DNA of 39,828 bases, taken from NCBI GenBank assembly GCA_041478585.1, contig JBGOWL010000001.1, positions 1 through 39,828 of the forward strand, in the 5' to 3' direction. Source of the stretch: Dehalococcoidia bacterium (lineage in GTDB: Bacteria; Chloroflexota; Dehalococcoidia; UBA2247; RBG-13-53-26). Made by a program: the position numbers and the translations under genes. Shown in pieces: positions 18,231 to 27,793 of the stretch. The notes beneath the pieces were generated by a model. That model was not told where the DNA came from and did no database searches. It saw only the letters and a program-made list of their open reading frames with translations. Position 1 is the first letter of the stretch; every line of letters starts with the position of its first letter.

Positions 18231-18258
18231 AGCCACTATGATCCAGATCATAGTGGCT
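18231..18258. promoter_or_regulatory. 28-bp perfect palindrome with an Fnr/Crp-type core (TGAT-N4-ATCA)
   Basis: AGCCACTATGATC CA GATCATAGTGGCT has 13-bp perfect arms. It lies between the crp/fnr gene end (18340) and the ferredoxin-like gene start (18104), centred about 140 nt upstream of that start. It could alternatively be the crp terminator stem. Confidence 0.4.
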
Positions 18259-18339
18259 TGGTTCCCTACAGACGGTGAGGTGACCTTCCAGGGTTCACTG
18301 GCCCAATACTGGAAATGCTGTGTTGCCCTTCGACAGTTC

Positions 18340-19065
18340 CTATGCTGCTGGTGGTCCTTCGCTGAGCAGTCTGAGCTTGGACACATCCAGTATTATTGTC
18401 TTCCCACGAACAGAGCGAACAATGCCCCCTTCCTTGAGGCGACTCATAAAGCGAATGGCTGTCTCGGTGGTAGTACCGGCCATGTCGGCAATTTCCTGCC
18501 TGGTAAAAGGGAGAGTCGAACCAAGCTTAGAATAGAGCATCAGTAGTGTTCTGGCAAGACGCTGCTCGACTCTCTCCGCGGCGAGATCTCTGAGCCTGCT
18601 TTGAGCATCCCTAAGTCGCCCTGACAGAATGTTGATTATTTTTAGAGCGATTTCTGGGCGATGGGCGAGAAACGAGCGGAAATCGCTTCTTCGGATTCCC
18701 AATACCCTGGTTTCAGCCACAGCCTGCGCTGAACCTGGGTATGGCTTGTTTTCGAAAACAGCAACTTCGCCGAACATCTCGCCTGAGCCAAAGAAAGCAA
18801 TAACAAACTCCTTGCCCAGCGAGGAGTGTTTGAGAACCTTGATCCTGCCTGCGGCCACCATGTAGAACCAGTCTGGTTCATCCCCTTCCCAGAAGATGAA
18901 TTCCCCTGGCTTGAACCAACTCTCGATGGCTAAACCACCCAACACAGCCAGTTCGTCCTCATCTAGGCTGGAGAAGATGGTTGATTGTCTCAGAACTTGG
19001 CCTTTCACTCTATCCGACAACCTGTTGTTCTCCTTGCCGTCACCGGCGTCAGCAGTCTCCGTCAA
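18340..19065 (-). CDS. Crp/Fnr-family transcriptional regulator
   Basis: cNMP-binding-like beta-barrel (GEFIFWEGDEPDWFYMVAAGRIKV...FGE) plus a C-terminal HTH (FTRQEIADMAGTTTETAIRFMSRLKEGGIV). The start codon is uncertain: TTG 19065 or GTG 19008. Confidence 0.85.
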   Translation of the reverse strand: MTETADAGDGKENNRLSDRVKGQVLRQSTIFSSLDEDELAVLGGLAIESWFKPGEFIFWEGDEPDWFYMVAAGRIKVLKHSSLGKEFVIAFFGSGEMFGEVAVFENKPYPGSAQAVAETRVLGIRRSDFRSFLAHRPEIALKIINILSGRLRDAQSRLRDLAAERVEQRLARTLLMLYSKLGSTLPFTRQEIADMAGTTTETAIRFMSRLKEGGIVRSVRGKTIILDVSKLRLLSEGPPAA

Positions 19066-19120
19066 CCTGGATCGGATTCTGTCCCTACTAGAAGGTCAGA
19101 GCGCGTACTATTCGCAGCAG

Positions 19121-20233
19121 CTATGCCACTTCTCGCTTCAGCGTCAGCGAGGAAAGGACTATGAACGCCGCGGCGAATGCCGTGAGTATCAGTAGGTTTG
19201 AGCCCACGCTCCAATCCAGGATTCCAGCGCCCTTAATCATCACGTCCTTCACGGCCAAATTGGCATAGGTGACAGGCATCAGGTAGGACAGCCAGCGCAG
19301 GGACCACGGAAGGCTGTCTAGCGACCAGAAAAGACCGCCAAGTAAGCCTTGGGAGAAGACGACTAATGGCACGAACTGGACTGCCTGGAACTCGTTGCGA
19401 GCAAATGTGGACAGGAGTATGCCTAGGTTGACTGCTGTCATGATCATGATAACCACAATGAGGATAGCTACGAAAATGCTGCCCTCACAGTTTACATTGA
19501 GCACATATACTGTGAATAGAAGCATCTCCAGCGATTGTATGAGGGAGAAGATGCCAAAGCCGAGCATGTAACCCAGCACGATGTCGATCCGACTGAGCGG
19601 TGAGGCCAGTAGCCGTTCCACAGTCCCCTGGACTCGCTCTCTAACGAAGCTTATTGAGGTCAACAGGAAGACAAAGAACCATGGTATCAGTACCACGAAG
19701 GCCGGGCCAAGGTAGTCCAAGGTACTGTAGTCAGGCCCACCGTAGATGAAGCTGGGCTGAACATCGATCAAGCGGCCTTCCATTCCGGGTATGCTGGCCA
19801 GAGTCTGCTGGATGGCAGTGGTTATGGTTCCTCTGACATGTCCTGCGACCTGTGCATCGGAACCTTCCAGCAGCAGAGTCGCCGTTGGGCCATTCGCTGT
19901 GACCAGGTTCTGGGTAAAGTCGGATGGGAACATGAGAGCTGCTTTGATCCTGCCATCCCTCAATTGCCCCTCCACTTCCTCACGGCTGAGGTCTATGAGC
20001 TTCAGATCGCCAACATCCTCGAGGGTATCGACGATGAGACCAGCAACTGATGTTGCTGCCACGTCCTCGTTGACTATGCCAACAGCTGTGTCCGACGGTT
20101 TCAGATCGATGAGATATCCCACCAAGGAGAGTATTACTATGGGCACGACCAGGATGAGGGCAACGGTGCGGCGGTCCCGTCTAAACTGGGTGATAATGCG
20201 TTTGGCTAGAGCGCTTATCCTATGCCAACTCAT
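19121..20233 (-). CDS. ABC-2 type transporter permease
   Basis: 370 aa with an N-terminal TM, a large extracytoplasmic loop and 5 C-terminal TMs, the layout of ABC-2 exporters. It overlaps the ATPase gene by 14 nt. Confidence 0.8.
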   Translation of the reverse strand: MSWHRISALAKRIITQFRRDRRTVALILVVPIVILSLVGYLIDLKPSDTAVGIVNEDVAATSVAGLIVDTLEDVGDLKLIDLSREEVEGQLRDGRIKAALMFPSDFTQNLVTANGPTATLLLEGSDAQVAGHVRGTITTAIQQTLASIPGMEGRLIDVQPSFIYGGPDYSTLDYLGPAFVVLIPWFFVFLLTSISFVRERVQGTVERLLASPLSRIDIVLGYMLGFGIFSLIQSLEMLLFTVYVLNVNCEGSIFVAILIVVIMIMTAVNLGILLSTFARNEFQAVQFVPLVVFSQGLLGGLFWSLDSLPWSLRWLSYLMPVTYANLAVKDVMIKGAGILDWSVGSNLLILTAFAAAFIVLSSLTLKREVA

Positions 20234-20957
20234 TGATTCCCCTCGCTAAGGCAAGGTAAGCTTCTTCCAACGTGGATGTTCCGGTACGCTGCCTCAGTTC
20301 GCTGGCACTACCTTCGGCCAGAATGCGGCCATTTCGCATCAGGCCCAGACGGTGGCAGTGCTCTGCTTCATCCATAACGTGGCTGGAGACAACTATGGTC
20401 ACCCCCTGTTCGTTCAGCCTGCGAAAGTGATCCCAGAAACTTACCCTAAGTTCCGGGTCTACACCAACCGTGGGTTCATCGAGAAACAACAGCATTGGAT
20501 TATGCAACATGGCGCAAGCCAGTGAGACACGTCTCCTCATACCTCCACTGAGGGTGGCCACAACGCTGTTGGCCCTCTCCGCTAGCTCCACTAGCCCCAG
20601 AACTTCGTGGAAGCGAGAGGTGGAGTCTACACCGTAGATGCTGCCAAAGAAGCGCAGATTCTCCAACACCGTAAGATCCTGGTAGATAGCCTCAGCCTGG
20701 GTCATGTAGCCAACCTGGGAGAGGATATCCTTGTTAGGCACTGTTTTTGCCAGCACTATTGCTTCACCAGTGGTTGGCCGCAGCAATCCGACCAGAAGGC
20801 GAATGAGGGTGGTTTTGCCGCATCCGTTTGGCCCAAGCAATCCGTAGGTTTCTCCTGCTCTAACCTGGAGGTTCACCTCATCGACGGCTCTTATTCTGCC
20901 GAAGTGGCGGCTCAGCCTCCTGGTCTCTACAACAGTAGTGGCAGCTATGTCCATCAT
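20220..20957 (-). CDS. ABC transporter ATP-binding protein
   Basis: GPNGCGKTT (Walker A), LSGGMRRRVSLA (signature), LLFLDEPT (Walker B). I place the start at ATG 20957, with AGGAG 7 nt upstream, rather than the tracked TTG 20981. Confidence 0.9.
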   Translation of the reverse strand: MMDIAATTVVETRRLSRHFGRIRAVDEVNLQVRAGETYGLLGPNGCGKTTLIRLLVGLLRPTTGEAIVLAKTVPNKDILSQVGYMTQAEAIYQDLTVLENLRFFGSIYGVDSTSRFHEVLGLVELAERANSVVATLSGGMRRRVSLACAMLHNPMLLFLDEPTVGVDPELRVSFWDHFRRLNEQGVTIVVSSHVMDEAEHCHRLGLMRNGRILAEGSASELRQRTGTSTLEEAYLALARGINELA

Positions 20958-21035
20958 CAGCTGGCTCCTAGATCTCTGCAAATATGAAGCTACCCAGATC
21001 TATGGTCTACAGGAATTTTGCATAATAACCATTAT

Positions 21036-21073
21036 GGCGCATTCCAAGAGGAACAATCTGTTCCTGAGGCGCC
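21036..21073 (-). terminator. compound hairpin downstream of glgB
   Basis: Core AGGAACA-atc-TGTTCCT (21049-21065) flanked by GGCGC/GCGCC, followed on the minus strand by A/T-rich sequence. Confidence 0.3.
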
Positions 21074-21179
21074 ACAACATTGTGCCTCTGCCTTCTGAAC
21101 AACGGTGACCAGACCATGAAGCGAGATCCAGCACTTCCTGAGTATGTGGCACCCAAGCCTATACCAGAACTCATAGCTG

Positions 21180-23159
21180 TCAACTCTCACTTCTCAGGAG
21201 CACTATTCCCAGGGGAGGCAAGGTAAGATTCAATGAATGCGGTCGGGCGTGGTGAGCAATAGGGGCAGCTTCAACTCCGCCGAGGTTGCCTTGACCGCTG
21301 CCACCATATTCTTGAGCATCACTGTTCAGGACTTCCTTCCAGAATCCGCCTTGCGGTGCCCCTACGCGGTAATTGTACCGTGGGATCGGTGTGAAGTTGC
21401 AGGCGGCGAGGATAATATTGCTTGTAGAGCGCCCTCTGCGGATGAAGCTGATGATACTGTTCTGGACGTCACTACAATCAACCCACTCGAAGCCCATCGG
21501 CGAGAAGTCCAACTCGTGCAGTGCTGGCTCGCTTCGATACATGTGATTCAGATCCTCCACCCACTGCTGCAAGCTTGAATGTGGGCTGTAGTCCAGCAAA
21601 CTCCAGTCCAGACTGGCTTCGTGGTACCACTCATTCCATTGCCCGAACTCTCCACCCATGAATAGGAGTTTCTTGCCCAACTGGGCGTACATGTAGCCCA
21701 AGAGTAGTCTTAGATTGGCGAACTTCTGCCAGTCATCTCCGGGCATTTTGCCCAGGAGCGATCCTTTGCCGTGGACGACCTCGTCGTGCGAAAGAGGAAG
21801 GACGAAGTTCTCGAAGTAAGCGTAGAGCATTCGAAAGGTTAGGTTGTTATGGTGGTGCTTTCTGTGGATGGGATCCCTGGTCATGAACTCCAGGGTATCA
21901 TGCATCCAGCCCATATCCCACTTCAGTCCGAAGCCCAAGCCACCGACGTAGGTTGGTCGGGAGACCGCAGGCCAAGCTGTGGACTCCTCAGCGATCGTCT
22001 GAGTGTCTGGGTGGACTCCGTAGATTTCTTGGTTAAGGCGACGAAGGAAGGCGAGCGCTTCGAGGTTCTCCCTCCCGCCGTACTGGTTTGGAATCCACTC
22101 CCCCTCCTTGCGTGAATAGTCCAGGTAAAGCATGGAGGCAACGGCATCCACGCGGAGACCATCCGCGTGGTATTTATCGAGCCAGAAGAGGGCACTGCTA
22201 AGCAGGAAGCTTCGAATTTCATGGCGTCCGTAATTGAAGATGAAACTAGTCCAATCTGGATGGAATCCCTTCCTAGGATCTGAATGCTCATAGAGGTGTG
22301 TTCCATCGAAGTAACCGAGCCCATGCTCATCGGTGGGGAAGTGGGAGGGTACCCAGTCCAGGATTACGCCAATGCCTTGCTGATGAAGACAGTCGATGAG
22401 AAACATGAAATCCTGTGGAGTGCCGTACCGGCTCGTTGGTGCAAAGTATCCTGTGGTCTGATAGCCCCAGGAGCCGTACAAAGGGTGTTCCATGACTGGC
22501 AAGAACTCCACATGGGTGAAGCCCATCTTCTTTACATACTCGGTCAGTTTGAGGGCCAGCTCGCGGTAGGTCAGTGCTCTGTTGCCTTCCCCTGGTAGAC
22601 GCATCCAGGAGCCAAGGTGAACCTCATAGATAGAGATCGGAGCATCAAGCGCATTGCGTTGATTTCGCTTCTTCATCCACTCTTGGTCTTCCCAAGCGTA
22701 GTCCAAGTTCCATACAACTGAGGCGGTTCTGGGTGGCACTTCACTGTAGAATGCAAAGGGATCGGCTTTTTCTACTCGGTAACCGTTGTGTCGAGAGATG
22801 ATGTAGTACTTGTAAATGGTTCCGATTCCAACGCCAGGGACAAAGGCTTCCCAGATACCTGACTGGTCTCTAGGGTGCAAAGGGTGGCTGGTTCTACTCC
22901 AGTGGTTGAAATCGCCGACTACAAATACCTGCTCGGCATCAGGTGCCCATACCGCGAAGTAGGTCCCCGCCACTCCGCCAGCAGTCAGGGGATGGCCTCC
23001 GAGTTTGTTGTACAAACGGAGCTGACTTCCTTCATTGAAGAGATAGAGATCTTGATCGGAGAGCAAGGTCATGTCATGACGAGGAGGATCATCGGGTTCA
23101 TTGCCCACACTGGCTTTGTCCTTGTCAATGTTCTTGCTCTTGGGTTTTCTTGATGTCAT
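21180..23159 (-). CDS. glgB: 1,4-alpha-glucan branching enzyme
   Basis: 659 aa. YKYYIISRHNGYRVEKADPFAF, GVILDWVPSHF, DGLRVDAVASMLY and GGEFGQWNEW are characteristic GH13 GlgB regions. GAGGAGGA RBS. Confidence 0.95.
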   Translation of the reverse strand: MTSRKPKSKNIDKDKASVGNEPDDPPRHDMTLLSDQDLYLFNEGSQLRLYNKLGGHPLTAGGVAGTYFAVWAPDAEQVFVVGDFNHWSRTSHPLHPRDQSGIWEAFVPGVGIGTIYKYYIISRHNGYRVEKADPFAFYSEVPPRTASVVWNLDYAWEDQEWMKKRNQRNALDAPISIYEVHLGSWMRLPGEGNRALTYRELALKLTEYVKKMGFTHVEFLPVMEHPLYGSWGYQTTGYFAPTSRYGTPQDFMFLIDCLHQQGIGVILDWVPSHFPTDEHGLGYFDGTHLYEHSDPRKGFHPDWTSFIFNYGRHEIRSFLLSSALFWLDKYHADGLRVDAVASMLYLDYSRKEGEWIPNQYGGRENLEALAFLRRLNQEIYGVHPDTQTIAEESTAWPAVSRPTYVGGLGFGLKWDMGWMHDTLEFMTRDPIHRKHHHNNLTFRMLYAYFENFVLPLSHDEVVHGKGSLLGKMPGDDWQKFANLRLLLGYMYAQLGKKLLFMGGEFGQWNEWYHEASLDWSLLDYSPHSSLQQWVEDLNHMYRSEPALHELDFSPMGFEWVDCSDVQNSIISFIRRGRSTSNIILAACNFTPIPRYNYRVGAPQGGFWKEVLNSDAQEYGGSGQGNLGGVEAAPIAHHARPHSLNLTLPPLGIVLLRSES

Positions 23160-23445
23160 GGCGTGTCCTCCTCTTCGCTCAAGCTCCAGATTCTCTTTGT
23201 TTGTTGCGAGACGGAATTGTCTGACAGATCATACCATGATATTTCCAGAGGTACTCTTGCCCCAGTGATGCCCATGGGGATTCCCCGTTGATGTTGAGTA
23301 TGGGGCGAGTATTTCCGTGATGACGAGGCCTCCAGTGCGTCCGTGGGCTGCCTTGTGATGGCTAGCATTGCAAGGGAAGAGATAGGGTCTGTAGCCGTCA
23401 AGGGAAATTGCATGGTATAGTAGAACCTCATCTGTCCCTTGCACC

Positions 23446-25467
23446 TTACATATAGTAGTCGAAGTTCTTCTCGCTGCGGGACTTTCTACGTACACGGAAG
23501 ATGTGGGCTGGAACTACGAAGGGATTCAGTTCCACGTAGTTATGCGAACCATGCCACACGTAGCGGGCATCGGTCAGCAAGTCGTGAACCTGGTAGGGCT
23601 CACGGCCATTGAGTCCGAGATCATCAAGGGAGAGATCAGTCCATCCCGACTGCGTGTAACGAGGATCCAGATTCACCATGACGAGCACGATATTGGAGAA
23701 GTCCTTCGTGCGTTTACTGTAGCAGATGACCTGCTCGTTATCTGTGAGGTGGAAACTCAGGTTCCTATCGCTCTGGAGGGCAGGGTTCTCATGCCTGACA
23801 CGGTTGATTCTACCAACGAAATCCTTCAGACTGTCATGCCGTGAGATATCCCAGTGCTTTATCTCGTATTTCTCTGAATCTAGATATTCCTCACTCCCGG
23901 GCTCTCTGGCCTTGTTCTCACACAGTTCAAAGGCAGGACCGTAGATTCCGTAATTGGCTCCCAGGGTGGCTGCCAAAACTAGTCTTGCCATGAAAGCAGG
24001 CCTTCCACCAAGCTGAAGGTATTCAGTCAAGATATCGGGAGTATTTGGCCAGAGATTAGGACGATAGTATTCCCGCACCTCAGTCTGAGTAAGCTCTGTG
24101 AAGTATTGCGTTAGTTCCCACTTGATGTTACGCCAGGCGAAATAGGTATAGGACTGTGTGAAGCCGAGTTTGGCCAGTTGGTACATGACTTTGGGGCGTG
24201 TAAAAGACTCAGATAGAAAAATCACATCAGGGTATGATTCTCTGACTTGGGCAGTCAGCCATTCCCAGAAGTGGAATGGCTTGGTATGAGGGTTGTCAAC
24301 ACGGAAGATGCGAACACCTTGCTCAATCCAGAAGAAAACGATACTTTTCAGTTCCTCCCAAAGCGCTTGCCAATTCTTGATCTGGAAGTCAAGAGGGTAG
24401 ATGTCCTGATAATTCTTCGGTGGATTCTCTGCATATTGAACGGTACCGTCCGGACGCCAGCGGAACCATGCTGGATGTTCTTCCACGTAGGGATGATCGG
24501 GAGAGCAGTGAAATGCCAGATCTAAAGCGATCTCGATGCCATATTCTCGGGCTCTTGCCAATAGATGTCTGAAGTCGTCCAATGTACCGAGCTCTGGATG
24601 TACAGCCTTGTGACCCCCTTCTTTTGACCCAATTGCCCAGGGTGTGCCCGGATCATCAGGCCCTGCTACGGCTGCATTGTTCTGGCCTTTGCGATTTGTG
24701 CAGCCTATGGGATGTATCGGTGGGAGATAGAGCACATCAAAGCCCATCGAAGCCACATAAGGTAAGCGAGCTTCGCAGTCCTTGAGAGTGCCATGACGCC
24801 CCGGCTCAGTTGCACATGAACGTGGAAACATCTCATACCAACTGCTAAAGCTGGCCTTCTTGCGATCAACCATTACTTTGAGTTCTTTGGGATAGGTTAT
24901 GACGTACTCCTTATCGGGATATCTATTCATGAGGCGGGCGGTTGCAGCCGAGAGTGCCAGTGCTTTTTTTTTCTCGGCGTCTGCTATGTCATTGGATTCC
25001 AGAACATGTCCCCATCTTCGTAGCATCTCGGCATCAGCAGCGGGAGCACGCCGTGAGGCTTCATATAGGAGTCGAGCTCCTGCCAGGATATCTATCGATA
25101 TGTCCTGACCTGCCTCCGCTTTCTTGGATAGATCTGATTGCCATGAATGGAAACGATCAGTCCAAGCCATAATCGTGTACTCATAGCATGCGAGTTCAGT
25201 CACCTCAAAGGAACCCTGCCACCGATCGTTGCCCAGAGAGGTCATGGTGACTTCAGTCCATTGTGTGTCATTTTTCCTGCGATACAGAAGGAGCGCTGAT
25301 ATTGAATCGTGGCCATCGGCAAAAACGTCAGCCTCCACAAGTACCCTCTCTCCGATGACCCGCTTGATCGGGAAACGTCCACCGTCAATCTCAGGTGCTA
25401 CCCTCTCTATGACTACGCGTATTCTACCTTTCTGTTTCACCTCTGGTGAGGTATCTCCTTGCTTCAT
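23446..25467 (-). CDS. glgE: alpha-1,4-glucan:maltose-1-phosphate maltosyltransferase
   Basis: 673 aa. N-terminal IERVAPEIDGGRFPIKRVIGE (GlgE N-domain), FRVDNPHTKPFHFWEWL and LSESFTRP motifs. Confidence 0.9.
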   Translation of the reverse strand: MKQGDTSPEVKQKGRIRVVIERVAPEIDGGRFPIKRVIGERVLVEADVFADGHDSISALLLYRRKNDTQWTEVTMTSLGNDRWQGSFEVTELACYEYTIMAWTDRFHSWQSDLSKKAEAGQDISIDILAGARLLYEASRRAPAADAEMLRRWGHVLESNDIADAEKKKALALSAATARLMNRYPDKEYVITYPKELKVMVDRKKASFSSWYEMFPRSCATEPGRHGTLKDCEARLPYVASMGFDVLYLPPIHPIGCTNRKGQNNAAVAGPDDPGTPWAIGSKEGGHKAVHPELGTLDDFRHLLARAREYGIEIALDLAFHCSPDHPYVEEHPAWFRWRPDGTVQYAENPPKNYQDIYPLDFQIKNWQALWEELKSIVFFWIEQGVRIFRVDNPHTKPFHFWEWLTAQVRESYPDVIFLSESFTRPKVMYQLAKLGFTQSYTYFAWRNIKWELTQYFTELTQTEVREYYRPNLWPNTPDILTEYLQLGGRPAFMARLVLAATLGANYGIYGPAFELCENKAREPGSEEYLDSEKYEIKHWDISRHDSLKDFVGRINRVRHENPALQSDRNLSFHLTDNEQVICYSKRTKDFSNIVLVMVNLDPRYTQSGWTDLSLDDLGLNGREPYQVHDLLTDARYVWHGSHNYVELNPFVVPAHIFRVRRKSRSEKNFDYYM

Positions 25468-26001
25468 ATTGCTTCATACAGGCGCTGCTCATTCTCCGTC
25501 ATGGGCATCGTGCCAGTGGCGGTCGGCAAGGTGGCGGAGGCTCCGAAGGAATCTCTTGCTTTTCCTGTCCTTAACTTCTTTGTGCTGACACCGCGCCAGT
25601 TATCGAAAACGGCATTGAGCGGACTAAGGGATGGTGTGGTCATTCAAAGAGCATCCGTTGGGACGTTCTTGGGCCTGTAGAACGAATCAACAAGCCTGGG
25701 ATAGTGTTCAATGGCCGACATCTCAGACTTGCAACTCTAGCAAACAACTACTGTGACCGATAGCCACCTGTTCGTTTCAGACACTGCCGGATATTATAAC
25801 CTGTTCGGCTGCCTTATGACAATATGTTGTCAAATGTCCGCCGTGGGAGAATGATTCATGGTTTCTAGAACAATGTACGATACAATCTGCTGGGGATGGA
25901 AGCCGGGACACGAATTGAAGGATTGGAGTATGGAAGTGTGAAAGGATCAGAGTACTGTTTTGCTGAATTCTGCAAGCACCTGGTACTTCAATCCCTCCGG
26001 G

Positions 26002-26559
26002 CTATAGCTTTCCTTTCAGAGTCTCCTTCATTAGTATTCTACTGTAGTCCCAGAATTGTTGGCGCATACTTCTGAAATCGAGGGTGGTTACTGTGCTACC
26101 GAGGACTCCGAATGGAAGCATCTGAGGTATGAATCCCCTGGCGTATTTAAGCATCCACGTGCGGGGTTTCATACGGTAGCCTTTGTCAGTGCCTCTGCGA
26201 AGGTAGGCCATGTCTCCGGGTTTGTAGATGGCGGGTTCGAACTGGCCTTGCGTATAGCACCACATTTCTCCATCCAGCACGATGTCGTACACATCAGCCC
26301 AATACCGCCCTGAGTATCCTCCTGTAGGAATGGGTGTACCAAAGAAGATAAGATACTCCGACATTGAGCCGTAGAGTACAGTGAGCATGCCCATGGCACC
26401 GCCTGCGACGTTAAAGATCCATCTCCTCTTGCTCGGTATGCGGCCTGGGCATCGCTTATCCAGCGCATCGGAGATTGCTTCGAATTTCTCTTCCAGTGGC
26501 AAATCGAGGTTCTGCTTGCATGTCTCCTGCAATAGATCAGGATCAAAGATATATGCCAT
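26002..26559 (-). CDS. ERG2 / sigma-1 receptor family protein (bacterial homologue, no N-terminal TM)
   Basis: 185 aa, colinear with my recollection of human SIGMAR1 from about residue 55 to the end: WIFNVAGGAMGMLTVLYGSMSEYLIFFGT...GYSGRYWADVYDIVLDG...TWMLKYARGFIP versus [29 protein letters not shown]...GHSGRYWAEISDTIISG...TWMVEYGRGVIP. RBS GGGGAGAGG. Confidence 0.8.
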   Translation of the reverse strand: MAYIFDPDLLQETCKQNLDLPLEEKFEAISDALDKRCPGRIPSKRRWIFNVAGGAMGMLTVLYGSMSEYLIFFGTPIPTGGYSGRYWADVYDIVLDGEMWCYTQGQFEPAIYKPGDMAYLRRGTDKGYRMKPRTWMLKYARGFIPQMLPFGVLGSTVTTLDFRSMRQQFWDYSRILMKETLKGKL

Positions 26560-26845
26560 TACCTCTCCCCTTGCTGTTGGTCACTCTGAGATCTCTCGCT
26601 TGACATGAAAGTTCACGGTGTTGTTGCAGAATGACTGCTTGAGCATGGATGATATGCCTGTCGTGGCCTGCTGTCAAGGTTCTTCATGAGGGATTCGAAT
26701 TCTGTTTCTGGCTTCCTGTCAGATTGGAGCAAAAAACAGAGGCGCGGATGAAGAAGTCCTGGGCAATGGATACCCTAAATTGTCCCCAATTGCAGGAGGT
26801 GGTGTGTTATGGAAACACGGAGCCGTTACCTGGCTCAGGAAGCCA

Positions 26846-27793
26846 TTATCGGCCTCCTGAGCCAGGTACATGGGTTGTGTTGTCCACAGAAAGCCCGGCT
26901 GCTGCCAGGATATCTGGAACCACTTCTTCTTTGCCGATAGCCATTATGTGGACTCCGTCGCAGACTGAACTGTTTTTCAGCTCTGCGATCATCCGTCCAG
27001 CTATCTCAATGCCCTTGTTGAGCGCACCTCCTTTGGGTGCGCTGGCAAGCTCATCAATCAGATTCTTGGGGACGAAGATACCAGGCACATTCTCGGTCAT
27101 GTACTTTGCCATCCTGGCTGATACAAGCAGGACTATCCCTGCCAAAACCTTGACGCGGAATTGACGGGCATGGTTCATGAACTTACTAAAGTTATCCAGA
27201 TCATACACTGCCTGGGTTTGGAAGAATTCGGCGCCAGCCTCCACTTTCTTTTCGAATTTTATGAGCTGGGGTTCCAGCGGGTGTGCCTCAGGGGTGACGA
27301 TGGCCCCGGCACAAAACTGCACTGCGCCGTCAAGATCATTTCCTCCAAGGTCCTTGCCCGACTCCATATGATGCACTGCTCTAAGCAACTGGACTGAATC
27401 GAACTCGAAGACGTCTGCAGCGTGTTTATGATCGCCAACCACGATCGAATCCCCTGTAAGGCAAAGGACGTTTCTTATACCCCTGGTATATGCCAGGAGC
27501 AGTTCGGCTTGCAGAGCCATTTGATTACGGTCACGGCAGGTCATTTGAAGGATGGGCTCACCCCCCTGCTCTTTGATGTGCAGGCAGCCGCCGATTGAAG
27601 GAAAGCGCATTACTGAACTCTGGTGGTCGGTGACGTTTATAGCGTCAACTTTGTCTCTGAGGATGTCAATGTGGTGACACATCTTCTCGATGTTGGTTCC
27701 CTTTGGAGGGCCTATCTCACTGGTCACCACGAATTTGCCAGAGTTGAGAACTTCTTTGAAGCTTTGCCCAGTCATAGTCTGCTCCTCACTCAT
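26846..27793 (-). CDS. metF: methylenetetrahydrofolate reductase (acetogen-type MetF)
   Basis: 315 aa. FVVTSEIGPPKG, AINVTDHQ, LCLTGD and the TIM-barrel MTHFR layout. It overlaps metV by 4 nt. Confidence 0.9.
   Translation of the reverse strand: MSEEQTMTGQSFKEVLNSGKFVVTSEIGPPKGTNIEKMCHHIDILRDKVDAINVTDHQSSVMRFPSIGGCLHIKEQGGEPILQMTCRDRNQMALQAELLLAYTRGIRNVLCLTGDSIVVGDHKHAADVFEFDSVQLLRAVHHMESGKDLGGNDLDGAVQFCAGAIVTPEAHPLEPQLIKFEKKVEAGAEFFQTQAVYDLDNFSKFMNHARQFRVKVLAGIVLLVSARMAKYMTENVPGIFVPKNLIDELASAPKGGALNKGIEIAGRMIAELKNSSVCDGVHIMAIGKEEVVPDILAAAGLSVDNTTHVPGSGGR

Noticed and set aside
25464-25643. 59-aa minus-strand ORF (MTTPSLSPLNAVFDNWRGVSTKKLRTGKARDSF...ENEQRLYEAI) whose TGA overlaps the glgE ATG (ATGA).
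   Set aside because: No RBS and no recognisable family, and the composition is unremarkable. The overlap could be coincidental. Worth a conservation check but not callable.
25817-25832. Palindrome TGACAAtatgTTGTCA in the 530-nt region upstream of glgE.
   Set aside because: Only 6-bp arms, about 350 nt from the nearest start codon, and no second copy with the same spacing in the window. The 7941-7972 repeat shares the hexamer but is explained by -35 boxes.
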